From positions 4,032,001 to 4,096,000 of the forward strand of contig CAVTTN010000002.1 in the NCBI GenBank assembly GCA_963737655.1: 64,000 nt of DNA. The letters run 5' to 3'. Made by a program: the position numbers and the translations under genes. Under the pieces are notes generated by a model. The model saw nothing but the letters and a program-made list of their open reading frames with translations. It was not told the DNA's origin and did not search any database. Position 1 is the first letter of the stretch. Every line of letters starts with the position of its first letter. Shown here one piece after another: positions 62,700 through 64,000 of this stretch. The stretch comes from an uncultured Planctomycetota bacterium (GTDB lineage: Bacteria > Planctomycetota > Planctomycetia > Isosphaerales > Isosphaeraceae).

Positions 62700-63095
62700 G
62701 TCCGCTCTCCGCTCGGGCCGTGGTTGGTTAACCTGACGACCCGTTGGGCGGTGTTCATGGCTGCGGTAGCGGCGACACGGCGATATCGCACGAGAGTTGA
62801 GACGAGGAGCGATCGTCCCGTACGATCGGCAGGTTCTCCGTCGTCTCAACGGCGGCTTGAGACCGGCAAGCTGAGCCCAGGATCGGATGGAAATTATTGA
62901 CCGAAATGACTTAGGGGCGGGCCGTTTCGAGGGATCGGCGTCGGCAAAGTCTCAGTCTCAGATGAGACCGGGACCGGGCCGAGGATTTGCAATTTTTGTA
63001 AACGGCCCGATGTCCCAGGATCGAGCCCCGGACACCGCCCAAAGGATCGAAGCGGGAGGTCGATCGTCGGGAAGAGAGACCGCAGGAGGATTCGA

Positions 63096-63689
63096 TCAGT
63101 CCGTCCCGGTCGCCGCCCGGTCGGCCGCCTCGACGGAGTAGGTCGGGTCGGCCTCGTCCCACGAAACGTCCCCGGACGGGCCGTAGATGGCCGGGACGTG
63201 GCGGCCCGCCAGCCGCAGCCAGGTCTGGACCTGGGTCCGGTGGTGGCAGGTGTGGAGCATACGCCTCCAGAACGTCCAGATCCGCTGCCGCTTCAGGCCG
63301 CCGAAGAAGGGCCGCTCCTCCAGCCACCATGCGGAGGTCGCCGAGGCCAGTTGCGGCAGCCTGCCCCTCGCCAGGGCCACGTACCTGTCGTGGTACTCCC
63401 GGAGAGTGGGCCGCTCCCCGTCCGGCAACAACCCTGGAACGGGAGGCTCCTCTGTGCCGACGAATTGGGCGAAGAAGCGGCGCTCGGAGAGGATCTGGTG
63501 GGTCAGGATCGCCCGGATCGTGTTGGTCCGCTCGTGGGGCCTGTAGTCGAGGAGGTCGTCGGGCACGGCCCGCCACAGGCTCGCCGTCTTGTTGGTCTCG
63601 CTGGCGTAGGTCAGGACGAGGTGCAGGAAGTGTGGATCACGTGCCGTGCGGATTTCCTCGTCGGGGATGGCGATCAACTCGTATCGCAT
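63096..63689 (-). CDS. DinB family protein
   Basis: LDYRPH..TIRAILTHQILSERRFF..HTCHHRTQ..LRLAG..VPAIYGPS. Confidence 0.85.
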   Translation of the reverse strand: MRYELIAIPDEEIRTARDPHFLHLVLTYASETNKTASLWRAVPDDLLDYRPHERTNTIRAILTHQILSERRFFAQFVGTEEPPVPGLLPDGERPTLREYHDRYVALARGRLPQLASATSAWWLEERPFFGGLKRQRIWTFWRRMLHTCHHRTQVQTWLRLAGRHVPAIYGPSGDVSWDEADPTYSVEAADRAATGTD

Positions 63690-63898
63690 GGCATGGCTCC
63701 GGCCGCTTGTCGCAATCCGCCGCCGCCCACGATCGGAGAAAGTCACGGCCTGACTCCCCGAGCGTGGTCACGTGCTCTGGTTATAACACACCTTGACCGA
63801 GTCCACTGCTTCATGACTACACGGCACACTCAGGGATTCTCCCATCGACGACAAGGAGGACGAACATCACTCGGACGACAAGAAGTGGAGACGCAGAC

Positions 63899-64000
63899 AT
63901 GGTGGCATCGACCGAATCGAAGCCCAACAAGACGGCCTTCATCACCGACCAGTTTTCCAAGAACCCCAAATCGAATTCCAAGGCCGTGAACGAGGCGTGG
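63899..64000 (+). CDS. Hypothetical protein, 5' part only
   Basis: GGAG RBS then MVASTESKPNKTAFITDQFSKNPKSNSKAVNEAW, open to the window end. Confidence 0.5.
   Translation, partial: MVASTESKPNKTAFITDQFSKNPKSNSKAVNEAW

Larger units (their letters stand above)
53921..63041 (-). repeat. Dispersed asymmetric 10-mer ACACCGCCCA (+ strand TGGGCGGTGT) plus adjacent hairpin; 15 copies in this span
   Basis: + strand TGGGCGGTGT starts at 53921, 54380, 54775, 55312, 56337, 57014, 57553, 57748, 58524, 59512, 60257, 60916, 61683 and 62745; inverted copy at 63032. Two more copies at 41392 and 43225. Confidence 0.95.
29854..64000. mobile_element. Integrated genomic island / ICE-like element (continues beyond window)
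   Basis: Starts at the tRNA 3' fragment. Content switches from housekeeping genes to DGR, IS elements, ardC, parB-like and pseudogenes. No integrase or tra genes within the window. Confidence 0.75.

Noticed and set aside
60963..62849. 628-aa ArdC fusion protein in the ORF track
   Set aside because: Artefact of the frameshift near 61955. The true ArdC C-terminus is in the 61754-62002 frame, and the extension is antisense to the 61009-61662 gene.
53921..63041. Repeat series as a CRISPR array or integron attC array
   Set aside because: Spacing is 195-1060 bp with whole genes between copies, and the invariant part is only 10 bp. There are no cas or intI genes and no RYYYAAC/GTTRRRY ends.
41392..63041. 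Motif as a Chi- or KOPS-like polarised chromosomal signal
   Set aside because: Confined to the island, almost entirely intergenic, and oriented with transcription on both strands.

Overview
High-GC bacterial DNA, most likely a planctomycete. This is inferred from a 'LERRLALS' planctomycete-type leader and from the giant kinase, WD40 and GYF genes. Positions 1-29.8 kb look like core chromosome: cstA, a tripartite DHA2/HlyD/TolC efflux operon, two APC permeases, an Mrr-like nuclease, a coaC-like flavoprotein, SUI1/yciH, sulfite reductase, ispD, a TGS GTPase, a two-component pair, a heparinase-like protein, two heme-c/copper-monooxygenase paralogs and an FKBP. At 29832-29853 a lone 3' fragment of a tRNA-Gln marks the edge of an integrated element that runs past the window end. 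The element has three parts. (i) A diversity-generating retroelement (DGR) whose target is a 2006-aa Ser/Thr kinase-STAND NTPase-TPR-FGE/CLec protein; 19 of 21 TR/VR mismatches fall at TR adenines, and avd and RT are fused and broken by a deletion. ADP-ribosylglycohydrolase, phosphatase and OGFr-domain genes follow it. (ii) Cargo and remnants: xseA, clpX, a PolA-like fragment, IS66 and an intact ISAzo13. (iii) A 54-63 kb array of small co-oriented genes (ardC, parB-like, an ATPase, acidic hypotheticals). Almost every gene junction in the array carries the same asymmetric 10-mer, ACACCGCCCA on the sense strand, usually followed at once by a hairpin whose sequence varies but whose pairing is kept. 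I found 17 exact copies by eye, all inside the element. This 'box + hairpin' unit is the best candidate for an undescribed system. Many frameshifts sit in short homopolymer or dinucleotide runs, even in core genes, so some are probably sequencing errors.
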